In this document: one piece after another, positions 25,290 through 38,419 of the stretch
Position numbering within the stretch: the stretch's first letter is position 1
Layout: every line of letters starts with the position of its first letter
From: Squalus acanthias
Lineage: Eukaryota
Assembly: GCA_030390025.1 (NCBI GenBank)
Contig: CM059432.1
Coordinates: 139,688,001-139,752,000, forward strand
Reading direction: 5' to 3'
DNA: 64,000 nt
Translations under genes and position numbers: made by a program
Notes under the pieces: model-generated
Database searches by the model: none
What the model was told of the DNA's origin: nothing
What the model saw: the letters and a program-made list of their open reading frames with translations, nothing else

Positions 25290-25700
25290 CAAGGATGAGA
25301 CCAGAACCGAGAGGGTTCAACTAGCAGGAAAGACTCAACAGACTGGGGCTCTTTTCGCTAGAAAAGGGAAAACTGAGAGGTGACCTGATAGAGGTCTTTA
25401 AAATTATGAAAGGGTTCGTTAGGGTAGACATAGAGAAAATGTTGCCACTTGTGTAAGGGAGTCCAAAACTAGGGGTCATAAATATAAGACAGTCACTAAT
25501 AAATCAAATGGGGAATTCAGGAGAAACTTCTTTACACAGTGAGTGGTAGAATGTGGAACCTGCTACCACATGGACCAGTTGAGGCAAATAGCATAGTTGC
25601 ATTTAAGAAGAAACTAGAGAAGTACATGAGGGAGAAAGGAATAGGATACATTGATAGGGTGAGGTGAAGTAAGGTGGGAGGAGGCTCTTGTGGAGCATCT
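25290..25700 (+). mobile_element. CR1 3' fragment
   Basis: CTGAGAGGTGACCTGATAGAGGTC (LRGDLIEV) motif and tail. Confidence 0.8.
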
Positions 25701-26089
25701 TGGAAATTTGTTGATGCTTGGTTCAGAAGTGAACATTGCAATGATGGTTGAAGTAGAGCAGGACAACGTTGTGTGGTGTTCTCTGCTGGGAGAACATATC
25801 TGGGGCTTTCTTATCGAAAGAGCACTTGAGCAATTATGCTTGTTGTCACTGCGAAGAATTCTACAGTGCTTTCCATGTGCAGAATGTAATTAGACAGTTA
25901 TGTATTTCCCCAAACATTAAGACTTGTCACCAAAAACGGACTTTTTGAACTTTTTTTTTCTCCCAAGCCAAATGTTACTTTGTTTAAAAAATTATATATG
26001 CATGTAAATGCTGTGATGTCTTATTTCCCTGGGGGGCGGAATTTTGTGTGCTAATTTTTGGGTTAATGTATCTTTTATATAAGTTTATC

Positions 26090-27768
26090 TGGGACCCCGC
26101 GGTCAACCCACCGCCACGAGCCTTTAGCAAATGTCAGGTCTGTCAGCACTGAGCAGACCCAACATACAGCAGTGGGGGAGGCAATTAAAATCATTAGTGG
26201 CTTGTTTACAGCCACTTAACAATGCTTTTTTCCCAGCTTTTTGAATCTGACATGTCGCCCACCGGTTTCCCGCTGTGCCTAGACCTCGTCTGTGAAGCTG
26301 AGGCAGGAGGTCACTGCCATTGTTTCAGCTGATGAGTTGACAGCTTCAAATGTCAAGTCAAAGCTCACAGCTGATTGAGAAATGTTCCCTTAGCCACTAG
26401 CTTCTCTAAACTGCCACTAGCTTCTCTGAACTGCATTTCCACAACAGATTCAGAATGCTGCAAGTCTTTACACAAGTCTCCATCCAGTCTGACCTCATTA
26501 CCTCTCCCACCATTGACAGATCGCTTCTGTCACCTCTACTTCATCTGCCATCTATTCCATCAGCATTGGTGCACTTTATACTCTCTCACCTTGGTCCTCA
26601 GAATCCCACCACGAACAGCCCCAACACCAGCAGCAGCAAAAGCAACACCAACCTTCTCCGCAATCAGCTGATGCTGCACAGGACATCAGCACCCGACCAC
26701 ATTGCTGCCCGGGAGGCCAGGGATGGCCTCACCATGGCCAGATTTACTTCACTTGACGCTGTACACCCTGGCTGCCACATGATGCGCCAGGTTGACACCA
26801 CCCCACACCAACACCATAAAGCATCCCTACAATGCCCAAGCCATTCCTTTCACACTCGTAACCATTGCGGGGGGTAACGTTATGTCTCACCATTCCCTGC
26901 AACTCACTAAGTCACTTCCAAAGGTGCACACAAATCTGTCCAAGAATGCAAAGTGTTGAAAATAAAGGTTTCAATGTTTGACAGTACATTATCAGAAACT
27001 TTACATGAATATTGCATAAAATACCCAAGTGGCTACCCTTGTGTGTTGTTAGTTGGTATGATTGCATTAGGATGAGGGTGAATGTGAGGGGTGGCTAGTG
27101 AGATGGGGATGTAATAATGTAGACAGAGAGAGATGGATGGAGGTCCAAGGTAAGTTGGTGTGAGTAAGGATGTGCAGGAGTAGGGTAGGGAAGGCAGAGT
27201 GATGGGGATGTGATGAGAGGCACAGCAGGATGAGGTTGAGTGTGGCTTTGTACTAACGTTTCTTGATCTACTGAGATCATTGAAACGTTTGCGGCACTGC
27301 ACCCAGGTCCTCCTGATCACATCCCTGCTTGTGCCCTCCTCTGCAATGTGCAACCAGGTTGTGTTGATCTCCTAGGGAGGTCTTCTCCGCCCATGGGAAG
27401 GGAAGAGGACCTCCCTGTGTGCTGTGACTCCCTCCATAGGCATATGGAGGGAGTCATGGGTGAGCCTGGATGCAACCCTGCACCTTTACGCAGTGCTTGT
27501 CAGTGTCTGCAGCACCTCAATGCTGTAGAACACTGACAGCACAACTGTCAAACTAAAGTTGGCCATGGTCCCTTTAAGGAAACTGGCTGATGACGCGTCA
27601 TCAAATGACGTCATTAGACCCACTTCCTTCAATTGGCCGGGAAACTCGCTGGGCGGGCTTAACAAGCCCAATCACGGTAAATTCATTCTACACAGCGGGT
27701 TAGAGCTGGCAGTGGGGCCGGGACCCGTCACCCGTCATGGACCCGCCGAGGTTAGTAAAATCCAGTCC
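26090..27768 (-). mobile_element. Second PIF/Harbinger copy with Myb/SANT-like ORF remnant; left end uncertain
   Basis: ORF 27033..27353 HIAEE..RRTWVQCRKRFNDLSRSR; collinear with 12889-15037; right TIR AGTAAAATCCAGTCC. Confidence 0.85.
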
Positions 27769-27835
27769 ATAATTTTTGACTATTGTGTTTGTGATTGGAA
27801 AATTAGGTGATTGTACAGTGGTTTTCCAATATTAC

Positions 27836-28533
27836 GGAGGCGATTTTGTCAATGGGGGCGCGTTGGAGGCGGGACTGCCTCCATCGACTTGTGGCCAACC
27901 CACACTATTTTCCCTTGGTTGACCTTGTTAAGCCCGCCCAGCGGGCTTAGCAGGCCAATTAAGGGAAAGGCGGTTACAGAGAACGTCAGCGTATGTCAAA
28001 AAAATTTTGACAGATGAATTGTCATCGTTTGACAGCTCTGTGAAGCTGTCAAACACTGACATTCTCTGTTGTTTGATGAGTTCTTGTATTCAAGACTCAT
28101 CAAACCTCTTTTGTGAGTAGAAATTAGATGGCTGTTGCAACAGAGAATGCAGCAGCCATCCGTCATCTCTGCCGGTGAGATGCGAGAGTCTCCGCATCCC
28201 CAACTGTTGAAGCCTGCAGGAAGAAACAAAGGTAAGTAAACACCCCCGTAGACCCACTGCTCGCCTCGGTGACCCTGACGGGGTTTCCTGACATCGGGAA
28301 GCCCGTGCCTCTGCTGGAAAAATGGGGGTAATCCTCTTAACTGCCTGTTAACTGGCAGTTAAGTGACTGTAATCCCCTTCCCGCCTCCAGGAGACGGGAC
28401 CCGGCGCGGGTCAGCTACCCGCCTCCTGGGAAGATGGCACGGAGGTGGGATGGGTACCCGCCCCCAGATTTTGCCATTTTCCCGGCAGTCCCGCCTCCAA
28501 ACCCGCCTCCCCAGGGCTGGCAAGATTGCGCCC
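27836..28533. mobile_element. Harbinger-type MITE related to 5831-6920
   Basis: Shared blocks AAGCCCGCCC..GGCCAATTAAGGGAA and CTGCCTGTTAAC.GGCAGTTAAGTG. Confidence 0.65.
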
Positions 28534-28671
28534 TATGTCTTACTGGGGTTTGTTATGTGATGGGTCAATAAGTTTAAAATTCTGTCTGATTTACACTTGG
28601 TACACTTGTGTTCAAAGTTGCATGTTATGGTGAGATGGTGTTGTTTGTATGACTTTATTGCACAAAAGGCC

Positions 28672-29125
28672 AGTGTCAGTGGTGGCTCAGTTGGTAGCAC
28701 TCTCGCTTCCAAGTCAGAAGGTTGTGGGTTCAAGTCCCACGCCAGTGACTTGAGCACAAAAAACTAGACTGACAATGAGGGCGTGCTGCACTATCCAAGG
28801 TGCCGCTGGATGAGATGTTAAACCGAGGCCCCGTTTGCCCTCTCAGGTGGACATAAAAGATTCCATGACACTATTTCGAAGAAGAGCAGGGGAGTTCTCC
28901 CCAGTGTCCTGGCCAATATTTATCCCTCAATCAACATTACTAAAAACAGATTATCTGGTCATTATCACATTGCTGTTTGTGGGAGCTTGCTGTGCGCAAA
29001 TTGGCTGCCGCGTTTCCTACATTACAACAGTGACTACACTTCAAAGGTACTTCATTGGCTGTAAAGCGCTTTGGGACATCCTGAGGTCGTGAAAGGCGCT
29101 ATAGAAATGCAAGTCTTTCTTTTTT
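28672..29125 (+). mobile_element. DeuSINE-type SINE, full length
   Basis: GTGGCTCAGTTGGTAGC..GGTTCAAGTCCC head, Deu-like domain, tail ATAGAAATGCAAGTCTTTCTTT. Confidence 0.88.
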
Positions 29126-29576
29126 TCTTTATCTGTCGCTGGGGGTGGTTGCAGCTTTACGATGGGGAGAGACCACAAAAGGATTTGAAGCTTAGGGTGA
29201 GGATTTTGAATTTACTATGCTGGGGAATAGGGAGTTAGGGTACATCATTGAGGATGGGGTGATGGACAAATGAGACTCAGTGCAGGACAGGATTTGAGCA
29301 AGCTGGAGTTTATGGAAGGTGGTATATAAACACCACTGGTGCACTATGGCTGCAGTGTGTACTATCTACAGGATGCACTGCAGTGATTTACTGAAGGTTG
29401 TGCAAAGGAATTAGAAAATTTTCTCAGGGTTTCATGCATCACCAGTTACAGTGCGCAGGGACAAGATTATAAATGTTATGAGACTTGTTTCTGTGACCAG
29501 TATATGCTTAATTATCTCAAACCCAACGAGTTTGTGTTATCCTACTATAGTTCCTGTTTGAATAACCTATACTAAC

Positions 29577-29755
29577 CTTCTGAATGCCAACTGACAAGCG
29601 TACATTCAGTTTTCTCTTTCGCTGGAATGTGTCCAAGTCCCAGAGTTGGGCTGTATCAATTGATGTAGTGATAGCATATCTTCCAGATCCATGAACAGAA
29701 ATGGACGAAACTGCAGACTCGTGTCCCCTCATCCAGCTCACAAGCTCTTTGGTGT
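29577..29755 (-). CDS. TBC1D31: TBC1D31 exon 4
   Basis: cag|..TKELVSWMRGHESAVSSISVHGSGRYAITTSIDTAQLWDLDTFQRKRKLNVRLSVGIQK|gttagt; 179 nt. Confidence 0.95.
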
Positions 29756-30830
29756 CTGTCAGTTAAGCAAAAGTGCTCCAAGTATAAAGTGTGTTTTGTA
29801 CAAAATTCAAAAGTCCTGCCTGCATCATTACACATCTACCACAAAAATTACTGGAGTTAATATTTATAATTTTTTTTTTAAAAAGAGCCTTCACTAATCA
29901 TTTCAGGTCAACTTGTTATTTTCAAGTTTGATACCAATACTAGTAGTTACTGAAAACAAACTGTTGGGATGTAAACCAAAAATGATGCAGCAGTTCACTG
30001 ACCACTAATTATTTGTTGTTAAAAAAAACGTTGAACTCATACTATTGCACTTGCTTGAATAGGAAAAGGCTACAGTGAACGGCAAAAAAAAAATGTAGTG
30101 TGTATCTGTTTCTCTAGGACTGTGTTACAATCTATCTTATAAATTATAATACAGAATTCTATTTCTTCATATTTTCTGTTACTGTTGGTCCATTATACTA
30201 TTCTACTGAGAAATAGAACAACTTTATTGAAACTGTATTTCCCCGCACCCGCTGCACATCTATCACAAGAGGTCTTGACTCGCTGGGGTACAGTTTCATG
30301 ACTGCTAATTGTCTTCTGCCACCTCACCTAGGTGGCCATTATTTATATGCAAGCTTCAACAGTGAATGCTGAAAGCTACACAAGCAAAGAATCACAGCTG
30401 AGCCCTTCACTAGACATCCGCACACATGCACTTCCAGAAAGGGGTCCCTCGATAATGATGAGAAGCAGGATCCTGATTCTCCACTCCCACACTAAGCCTG
30501 GGATGTTGGTCAATTGTAACAACCCCCATCATTGCCCAGCTGTGATCTAACTAACTCAGCACAAACCAGGAATACAATTGGTCTGTGTGCCTCAGCGACT
30601 CATTAGATAAACTTGCTGAGACATTGAAAATGCAAAAAATAGCTTTTAAAATTTTGAATTATTCCATATGCTTGTTTACAGTGAAAGCCCGTTTTACCAA
30701 TTGCTCTTACCTAGCTATTTTATGCAGTTCAATCTGAACATTTGCACCTTTAGCTTATTATTGACTAGAATCTCTCCATATGTGAAGCAATTACTTGACG
30801 CTACATCAATTGTTACAAACTTAACTGTAC

Positions 30831-30946
30831 CTGTATCGAAACATTTCACAGAGTAATCTGCCAGAGCGACCAAGTATTCTGTCTTCCTTCGGAGGTTGAA
30901 AGCCAATGCTGTACATGCCTGCCCAGTTCGCTGCACAAGTTTAAAG
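30831..30946 (-). CDS. TBC1D31: TBC1D31 exon 3
   Basis: tag|..FKLVQRTGQACTALAFNLRRKTEYLVALADYSVKCFDT..|gtacag; 116 nt. Confidence 0.95.
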
Positions 30947-32370
30947 CTATGGATCAATAATGAACTAGAATTAGAATTGTGAATAATCTCTCAATAAGGT
31001 CATTGAACATAAATATATTGTATCGATAAATTCTGTCATTAAATAACAAGGAAGTAGTTATTGGGAAGTTGGAGGTGGAACTGATTAGAAAAAGAATTAA
31101 GTGACAGAGCCAGTCCCCTCTGTACCGTGCATATTATCACATTCCTATTTGGGATCTGGCACCATATGCTTGCAACTCAGGCAGTCTGTGTTGAGTCAAT
31201 GCACTGGAATGATCACAGCCAGGTATATCTCCATTCTGTGCACACACCACCCAAAACCCAGGACCTCCCTTTGCCAGTTATTTAATTGCACAGCAAAACT
31301 CTACATGACAGTAACTACCCGTAGAGCTACACTTCTTAAATGACTTTAACAGTGACTCCACTTCAAAAAGTACTTCATTGGCTGTAAAGCGCTTTGAGAT
31401 GTCCGGTGGTCGTGAAAGGCGCTATATAAATGCAAGTCTTTCTTTCTTAAAAAGGGGACAAAATTACATCTGCGTATCCTGATCCAATTATGCCATGCCT
31501 TCTAACCTGCCTCACTGGAAGACTACACTTGCTCTTGACAGGAGATCCGACTAGTTTGTACTAATATTTACTTAGCACTTTATAAAACTTGTACAAGGTG
31601 CACCTAACTTTGCTTTCTCTTCCCTCCTTAAAACCTCTTATTCCCAGTTATTTAACATTATGTGTAGATTTAATTGTTTTGCTCCAGCTCTCTGGTGAGG
31701 ACTGCACCAATGGCTCAGTGGGTAATGGCACCTCCTAGTGTGGTACCATGCAAAACAAGAAAATTCCAAATTTGATCCTTAGTATGTAGCTGAGCATTGC
31801 AGATACTACTGTTGACTTCAATGTCCCCGGCTTAAAGGAAGGGGGCAAGGTCGAGGAAAGAAGAGAAAGCAAGCTACCTAGGAGAGAATTTAAAAGAAAA
31901 TTCTTAGGCTGAGTTAATGCTTCACATCACACTGCCGGCCAATCTAATGTTGCATTCAATTTTGAAGTATACCTGTTTTAATATAGTAGTACCCATGGAT
32001 CTAAACCACACCCAAAAGGTTACAACAACTTATATAGCGCATTTAATGTACAGTAGTAAAATGTCCCAAGGCGCTTCACAGGAACAAAATTTGAACACCT
32101 AGCCACATAGGGAGAGATTAGGACAGGTGACCAAAAGCTTGGTCAAAGAGGTAGGTTTCAAGGAGCGTCTTAAAAGAAGGAAAGAGAGGTGGAGATGTTT
32201 AGGGAGGAAATTCCAGAGCTGAGGGCCTAGGCAGCTGAAGGCACGGCCGCCAATGATGGAGCGATTAAAATCGGGGATTCACAAGAGGCCAGAATATAAT
32301 ATGACTATCAGTGAATGTTGCCTAATGTTGGCCGCCTTTGTTCAAGTAAAAAGTATTCAAAGTAACTTAC

Positions 32371-32517
32371 CTATTTCTGCTCAAGTCAAAGACATAGATA
32401 TTGCCCTGGTGGTCACCAGCAAGAAAAGCTTCCCCTGCAGTATCAAATGCAACGTGAAGGAATCGAATGATCTTCGAGTGATAGCCCACCACACTATGAA
32501 CAACATTTACTATGACA
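32371..32517 (-). CDS. TBC1D31: TBC1D31 exon 2 (WD40 region)
   Basis: cag|..VIVNVVHSVVGYHSKIIRFLHVAFDTAGEAFLAGDHQGNIYVFDLSRN..|gtaag; 147 nt; phase consistent. Confidence 0.95.
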
Positions 32518-32714
32518 CTGTTCGAAAACAAAAAAAAAGACACAGATTTAGAAAAATTGGTAAAACTATCAAAGTCACAATATTCTATGAGATTCTTACA
32601 GTTGTGAGCACCAGAATGATTTCAGCTGACGAGCAACCAACTGGGACAAACATACATTTATTATGTATTTATTTTACTAATGAAATTTCAGCACAGGAGC
32701 TCTGTTCCCATCAT

Positions 32715-33101
32715 TACAACAACAACGTGTATTTATATAGCACCTTTAATGTAGTAAAACGTCCCAAGGCGCTGCACAGGAGTATTTTAAGACAAAAAAT
32801 TTGACACCGATCCACATAAGGAGAAATTAGGGCAGATGACCAAAAGCTTGGTCAAAGGAGTAGGTTTTAAAGGAGCGTCTTAAAGGAGGAAAGAGAGGTA
32901 GCGAGGCGGACAGGTTTAGGCAGGGAATTCCACAGCTTAGGGCCTAGGCAACAGAAGGCACGGCCACCAATGGTTGAGCGATTATAATCAGGGATGCTCA
33001 AGAGGGCAGAATTAGAGGAGCGCAGATATCTCGGGGGGGTTGTGGGGCTGAAGGAGGTTACAGAGATAGGAAGGGGCGAGGCCATGAAGGGATTTGAAAA
33101 C
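32715..33101 (-). mobile_element. L2 LINE 3' fragment (similar pieces at 32025-32292, 39068-39222, 42897-42988, 55300-55625)
   Basis: RYLRSS..GGRAFCCLGPKLWNSLP..SSFKTLL; (GTT)n tail. Confidence 0.85.
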
Positions 33102-34226
33102 ATTTTTTAAAACATAATTTTAAGATCACCTCCATCAAAACCAGACTAAACACCGATATTTGACCTGGTGCCAATGCAACTCTCAGCAACTGTTAAAAAG
33201 TAGGAGTATCATCACAGATGTTTATCCAAAATTTAACTCCTTTTGGTCATTATCTCATTTTTTGGGGGGACCTTGCCGTGTTACTAAAGGTTTTGAGAGG
33301 GCAAAATATTTTATCTACTGGTTGGTGAACTAGTAAGAATAGGGCATAAACCCCAGATTATCATCAGAGAAATGAAGGGGGAAGTTAGAAGAAATTTTCT
33401 GAGAGGTATTAAAACATGGAATGCTTCAAGACAAGTCGACGTCAAGGCAAAGACTTGAATATCACTTGAGAGAGATTTGGATAAGTATTTGAAAAGCGTG
33501 AATATTATTGGGTGCAGAGAAAGGGCATGCGCTCCAGCTGAAGAGCCAGCACGAGTAGATGCAAAGGGCTGAACAGTCTCTTCCTGTGCTATAATCGCTA
33601 TATTTTATGAGAATGCAATAATGAGCGCTTGCAAAACTGCCCTTGAAAATATACATTCCAAATCTTCAGAAATGAACTGCATGGTTAATTTCACAACTGT
33701 ATTAATTTTGCATTCATTACATGCCCAGTGACTGTTGGCCTCCACACCTAATTCATTCAAATAGATAAGCAATGGTATACAACATCCCGCTGTTGGGAAT
33801 TGCTAAAGTTAACTGTAGTAAGTCATTGCTGCAACACTAGAATAAGCATATTCAAAATATTATAAACCCAAAGCATGCATGAGTTTTGTTGGCAAAGGCA
33901 CATCTAACTAAACCATTTTTAAATCTCAAGAGCTGCAAAGATTTAAAAATGAATAATTTCAGCACCTGAACGTATGGCTCTCACATTTTCTTGGGACAGT
34001 AGATACAAAAAATTTTTACTTTTATTAAGCAATTCTAGCAACAAAATGAGTGTATTTCATTGGTTGAGGTTATTCACTATAGAATAAAAAGCTGAATATC
34101 AAAACATAAATAACGAGAGTAATTTGCATATTTTCAATAGGATTGAAAGAGTAACTTAGAAGTGACCACAGCATTCCCCAATCTCTATTTCAATGGCTTA
34201 CCATTTTTGAGGGAAAATAGAAGTTT

Positions 34227-34602
34227 GTGGCACAGAAGGAAGCCATTCGGCCCATTGTGTCTGCGCCGGCCAAAAAAAGAGTCATCCAGCCTAAGCCCAC
34301 TTTCCAGCTCTTGGTCCATAGCCCTGTAGGTTACGGCACTTCAAGTACATATCAATAGTACTTTTTAAATGCGACGAGGGTTTCTGCCTCTACCACCCTT
34401 TCAGGCAGTGAGTTCCAGACCCCCCACCACCCTCCGAGTGAAAAAAGTTCTCCTCAACTCCCCTCTAATCCTTCTACCAATTACTTTAAATCTGTGCCCC
34501 CTGGTTATTGACCTCTCTGCTAAGTGAAATAGGTCCTTTCTATCCATTCCATCTTCGGCCCCTCATAATTTTATACACCTCAATTAAATCTCCCCACAAC
34601 CT
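34227..34602 (-). mobile_element. CR1 3' fragment
   Basis: Reverse complement resembles 39550-39920. Confidence 0.85.
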
Positions 34603-35104
34603 TCCAAAACATTTGGAAAACTTTCCAGAAGAATTATGCTCTGCTTTCATCACACAAACATCAATATACAAAGGATGAGACTAGCGCATTAATTCACATG
34701 ATTTACGTCATAACTTCTATTTAGCAAGTTAAAAAAGACTTAGTAGACAAAGGTGGTTTTTTTTTTTAAATGCACAGTTCACTAAATCTACAATTATATT
34801 ATATAACAATGATTAAGAACAGCTGGATCACCTCATGGGCTCAGGAAATAAATATATTACATGGCAGGATACTAAGCCAGAAAAACCAGGGAAGTCTCTT
34901 GTTTGCTCCCTGGCCTGTGCGAAATGAGCTGATCTCAGCTGGGGCCACTGTGAGAAGCAAAACAAGCCTCAGATTTCTTGGGCTACAGGAACTTTGGAAG
35001 GAGGGAGGGGAAGCCAGGTTTCTCCTTCCTGATCTCCATCCACTGATACCCTGCTGTACAGTTTATATGCGTGGACCCCGAGTGACAGATCACTGGGGCT
35101 TTGC

Positions 35105-36150
35105 TAGGGTTGCCAACTCTGGTTGCACGTATTCCTGGAGGTTTCGTGACGTGGGCCCGGAATTTACGGTAGTAAGAACGGCTAAACTGTCAGCGCTCGC
35201 CGTAAAACTGACAGCAACTTCAGGCATCCACACATGCGCAGTTAAACGCGAAAATCCTGAAGTTGCTGTCAGCAATACCCTGCTCCTCCACAGGTTGCGC
35301 TGTTGCAGCCTTTGCAGATGGAATCAATGAGAAATCACTGATTTGTCCTGAGCTTCAACTATTTACACACTATTCTCACTGTAAGGACCAACGAAAATGT
35401 TACGTCTTGTTCAATCAGGAGTAACTGAGCTTTTAATGGCGTACTAAGTCATAATTACTGCTGAACAACCTTTCTGGCCCTGAAAAACTAATTTTATAAG
35501 TGTGGAGTCTCATTCCCTCAGAAGAACATTTAAAAATTTCAGAGTTTAAAGAAAATTTAAAAAAATGTTATAAAGTTTGTGTTCTGGTATTTACGTTTCT
35601 TCCTTAACCCCTGTGTGTATGTCCTAATCTTTATTTCACTTTCTGTACAATGATTTAAATGTGATTTATATTCCCTGCTTTCTACTTCCTGCTTTGTCCT
35701 TGGTGAGAATTCTTCAATCTGATTGGCTGATCAGCCAGCCTGCAGCTTGCCCTGTTGCTGGATGTCACAGATACCCTGTAGAAGGCGCTAAATTCAAAGT
35801 GCCGTCGGGATAGTGGAAGTCCGCACTCTAGGGCCCGATAAAATTTTGTGAGCAGCTTTTTCCGAGGTCAGAGGAAAATACCGTTCCTTCGCCGCTGACC
35901 GTGAAATCTGGGTGAAGATCTCCCGTCTCCAACCGCCATACCCAGTCAAACAGCAGCCCCCCAGACCCCGCAATATCCAATATTTTTATAACCAGTAAAC
36001 AAAAGTATTCAAATAAAATGGGGATAAAAAGCACAATTTAGTTTTAACACCCCTATGATTTATCACCTGGGGTTGCTCGCAGCAGTATCCTTCAGGAGAT
36101 TAATCTCTAAATTTGGAGACACCAGGGCAATCCCAGAGGTGCCGTGGCAA
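35105..36150 (+). mobile_element. TAGGGTTGCCAAC-ended MITE (hAT-like), copy A, interrupted by 35151-35911
   Basis: Segments 35105-35150 and 35912-36150 align with the reverse complement of copy B. Confidence 0.7.
35151..35911. mobile_element. Harbinger-like MITE with GGCCCGGAATTT-type ends
   Basis: Ends GGGCCCGGAATTTACGG / CCGTGAAATCTGGG; inverted relative of 46641-47372. Confidence 0.65.
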
Positions 36151-36304
36151 TCCCAGAGATGCCAGACAATGTTCCCACTAAGCTGCACGGGTGCACAGCG
36201 GTCTGGAGATCCCACGCAGGCTGCTTACCGTCATTTCAATGCAAGAAATTGTGCAAATTTGAATGGACCGCGCACCAAAAAAATTACAGGGAGCATCGAC
36301 GTCA

Positions 36305-38268
36305 GGGCAATCCCAGAGACGCCAGGGAAATCCCTCAATCCCTCGATCCCTGGAGACTCTGGGGGGAGGGGCAATCACTCAATTCCTGGAGACTTGGGGG
36401 GGGGGGGGGGGGAATCCTCAATCCCTGGAGACTCTGGAGGGGGGGGGGGCAATCCTCAATTCCTGGAGATTCTTAGGGGGGGGGGGGGCAATCCTTCAAT
36501 TCCCAGCAACCAATCCCTCAATCCCTGGAGACTCTGGAGGGGGGGGGGGAATCCCTCAGTCCCTGGAGACTCTGGGGGGAGGGGCAATCCCTCAATTCCT
36601 GGAGACTTGGGGGGGGGGGGGGGGGCAATCCCTCAATCCCTGGAGACTCTGGGGGGGGGGGGGGGGGCGGCAATCCCTGGAGATTCTTGGGGGGGCGGGG
36701 CAATCCCTCAATTCCCAGCAACCAATCCCTCAATCCCTGGAGACTCTGGGGATGGCAAATCCCTGGAGACTCTGGAGGGGGAGGGGGGGGCAATCCTTCA
36801 AACCCTGGAGACTCTGTTGGGGGGGGGGGCAATCCCTCAATCCCTGGAGACTCTGGAGGGGGGGGGCAATCCCTCAATCCCTGGAGACTCTGGAGGGGGG
36901 GGGGGCAATCCCTCAATCCCTGGAGACTCTGGAGGGGGGGGCAATCCCTCAATCCCTGGAGACTCTGGAGGGGGGGGGCAATCCCTCAATCCCTGGAGAC
37001 TCTGGAGGGGGGGGGCAATCCCTCAATCCCTGGAGACTCTGGAGGGGGGGGGCAATCCCTCAATCCCTGGAGACTCTGGAGGGGGGCGGCAATCCCTCAA
37101 TCCCTGGAGACTCTGGAGGCGGGGGGGGGCAATCCCTCAAGACTCTGGAGGGGGGGCAATCCCTCAATCCCTGGAAACTCTGGAGGGGGGGGGCAATCCC
37201 TCAATCCCTGGAGACTCTGGAGGGGGGGGCAATCCCTCAATCCCTGGAGACTCTGGAGGGGGGGGCAATCCCTCAATCCCTGGAGACTCTGGAGGGGGGG
37301 CAATCCCTCAATCCCTGGAGACTCTGGAGGGGGGGGCAATCCCTCAATCCTGGAGACTCTGGAGGGGGGGGCAATCCTCAATCCCTGGAGACTCTGGAGG
37401 GGGGGCAATCCCTCAATCCCTGGAGACTCTGGAGGGGGGGCAATCCCTCAATCCTGGAGACTCTGGAGGGGGCGGCAATCCCTCAATCCCTGGAGACTCT
37501 GGAGGCGGGGGGGGGGGGCAATCCCTCAATCCCTGGAGACTCTGTTGGGGGGGCAATCCCTCAATCCCTGGAGACTATGGAGGGGGGGGGGGCAATCCCT
37601 CAATCCCTGGAGACTCTGGAGGGGGGGGGGGGGCAATCCCTCAATCCCTGGAGACTCTGTTGGGGGGGGGCAATCCCTCAATCCCTGGAGACTATGGAGG
37701 GGGGCAATCCCTCAAGACTCTGGAGGGGGGCAATCCCTCAATCCCTGGAAACTCTGGAGGGGGGGGAATCCCTCAATTCCTGGAGACTCTGGGGGGGGGC
37801 AATCCCTCAATCCCTGGAGACTCTGGAGGGGGGGGCAATCCCTCAATCCCTGGAGACTCTGGAGGGGGGGGAAATCCCTCAATCCCTGGAGACTCTGGAG
37901 GGGGGGGGCAATCCCTCAATCCCTGGAGACTCTGGAGGGGGGGGAAATCCCTCAATCCCTGGAGACTCTGGAGGGGGGGGGGCAATCCCTCAATCCCTGG
38001 AGACTCTGGAGGGGGGGGCAATCCCTCAATCCCTGGAGACTCTGGAGGGGGACAATCCCTCAATCCCTGGAGACTCTGGAGGGGGGGCAATCCCTCAATC
38101 CCTGGAGACTCTGGAGGGGGGGGGCAATCCCTCAATTCCTGGAGACTCTGGATGGGGGGGCAATCCCTCAATCCCTGGAAACTCCTGGGGGGAGGGGGTG
38201 GGCAATCCCTCAATCCCTGGAAACTCCTGGGGGGGGAGGGGGTGGGCAATCCCTGGAGACAATCCCAG
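36305..38268. repeat. G-rich minisatellite, unit ~37-42 bp, roughly 50 copies
   Basis: Tandem GCAATCCCTCAATCCCTGGAGACTCTGGA(G)n; explains the spurious 537-799 aa ORFs. Confidence 0.97.
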
Positions 38269-38339
38269 GCTCGGCAGCGATGCCCCCCACAGTCGAATAG
38301 GCGCGTATTATGCACGTTTCACAAGGAGGGCCATTTTAC

Positions 38340-38416
38340 CCGTCGGCTGGTGAGGGGCAGGGCTTCCGCTGCCAGATCTTGCCCTGCTCCCTGGGGCCGA
38401 TGTCTGTGCTCTGCAT
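38340..38416 (-). CDS. TBC1D31: TBC1D31 (WDR67) coding exon 1
   Basis: Reads MQSTDIGPREQGKIWQRKPCPSPAD(G), resembling the recalled vertebrate N-terminus MQSTDLGNKESGKIWHRKP; donor GG|gtaaaa; 77 nt; lies in CpG-rich DNA. Confidence 0.93.
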
Positions 38417-38419
38417 TGC

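Noticed and set aside
28672..28745. tRNA genes at SINE heads (also near 3597, 13840-13905, 20778, 56250-56312)
   Set aside because: A and B boxes are present but continue into SINE bodies, and no full cloverleaf is evident
32253..32804. 183-aa plus-strand ORF
   Set aside because: Antisense to TBC1D31 exon 2 and flanking L2 fragments
36305..38268. CRISPR-like repeat-spacer appearance
   Set aside because: The intervening sequences are only G homopolymers, not unique spacers; the context is eukaryotic and there are no cas genes
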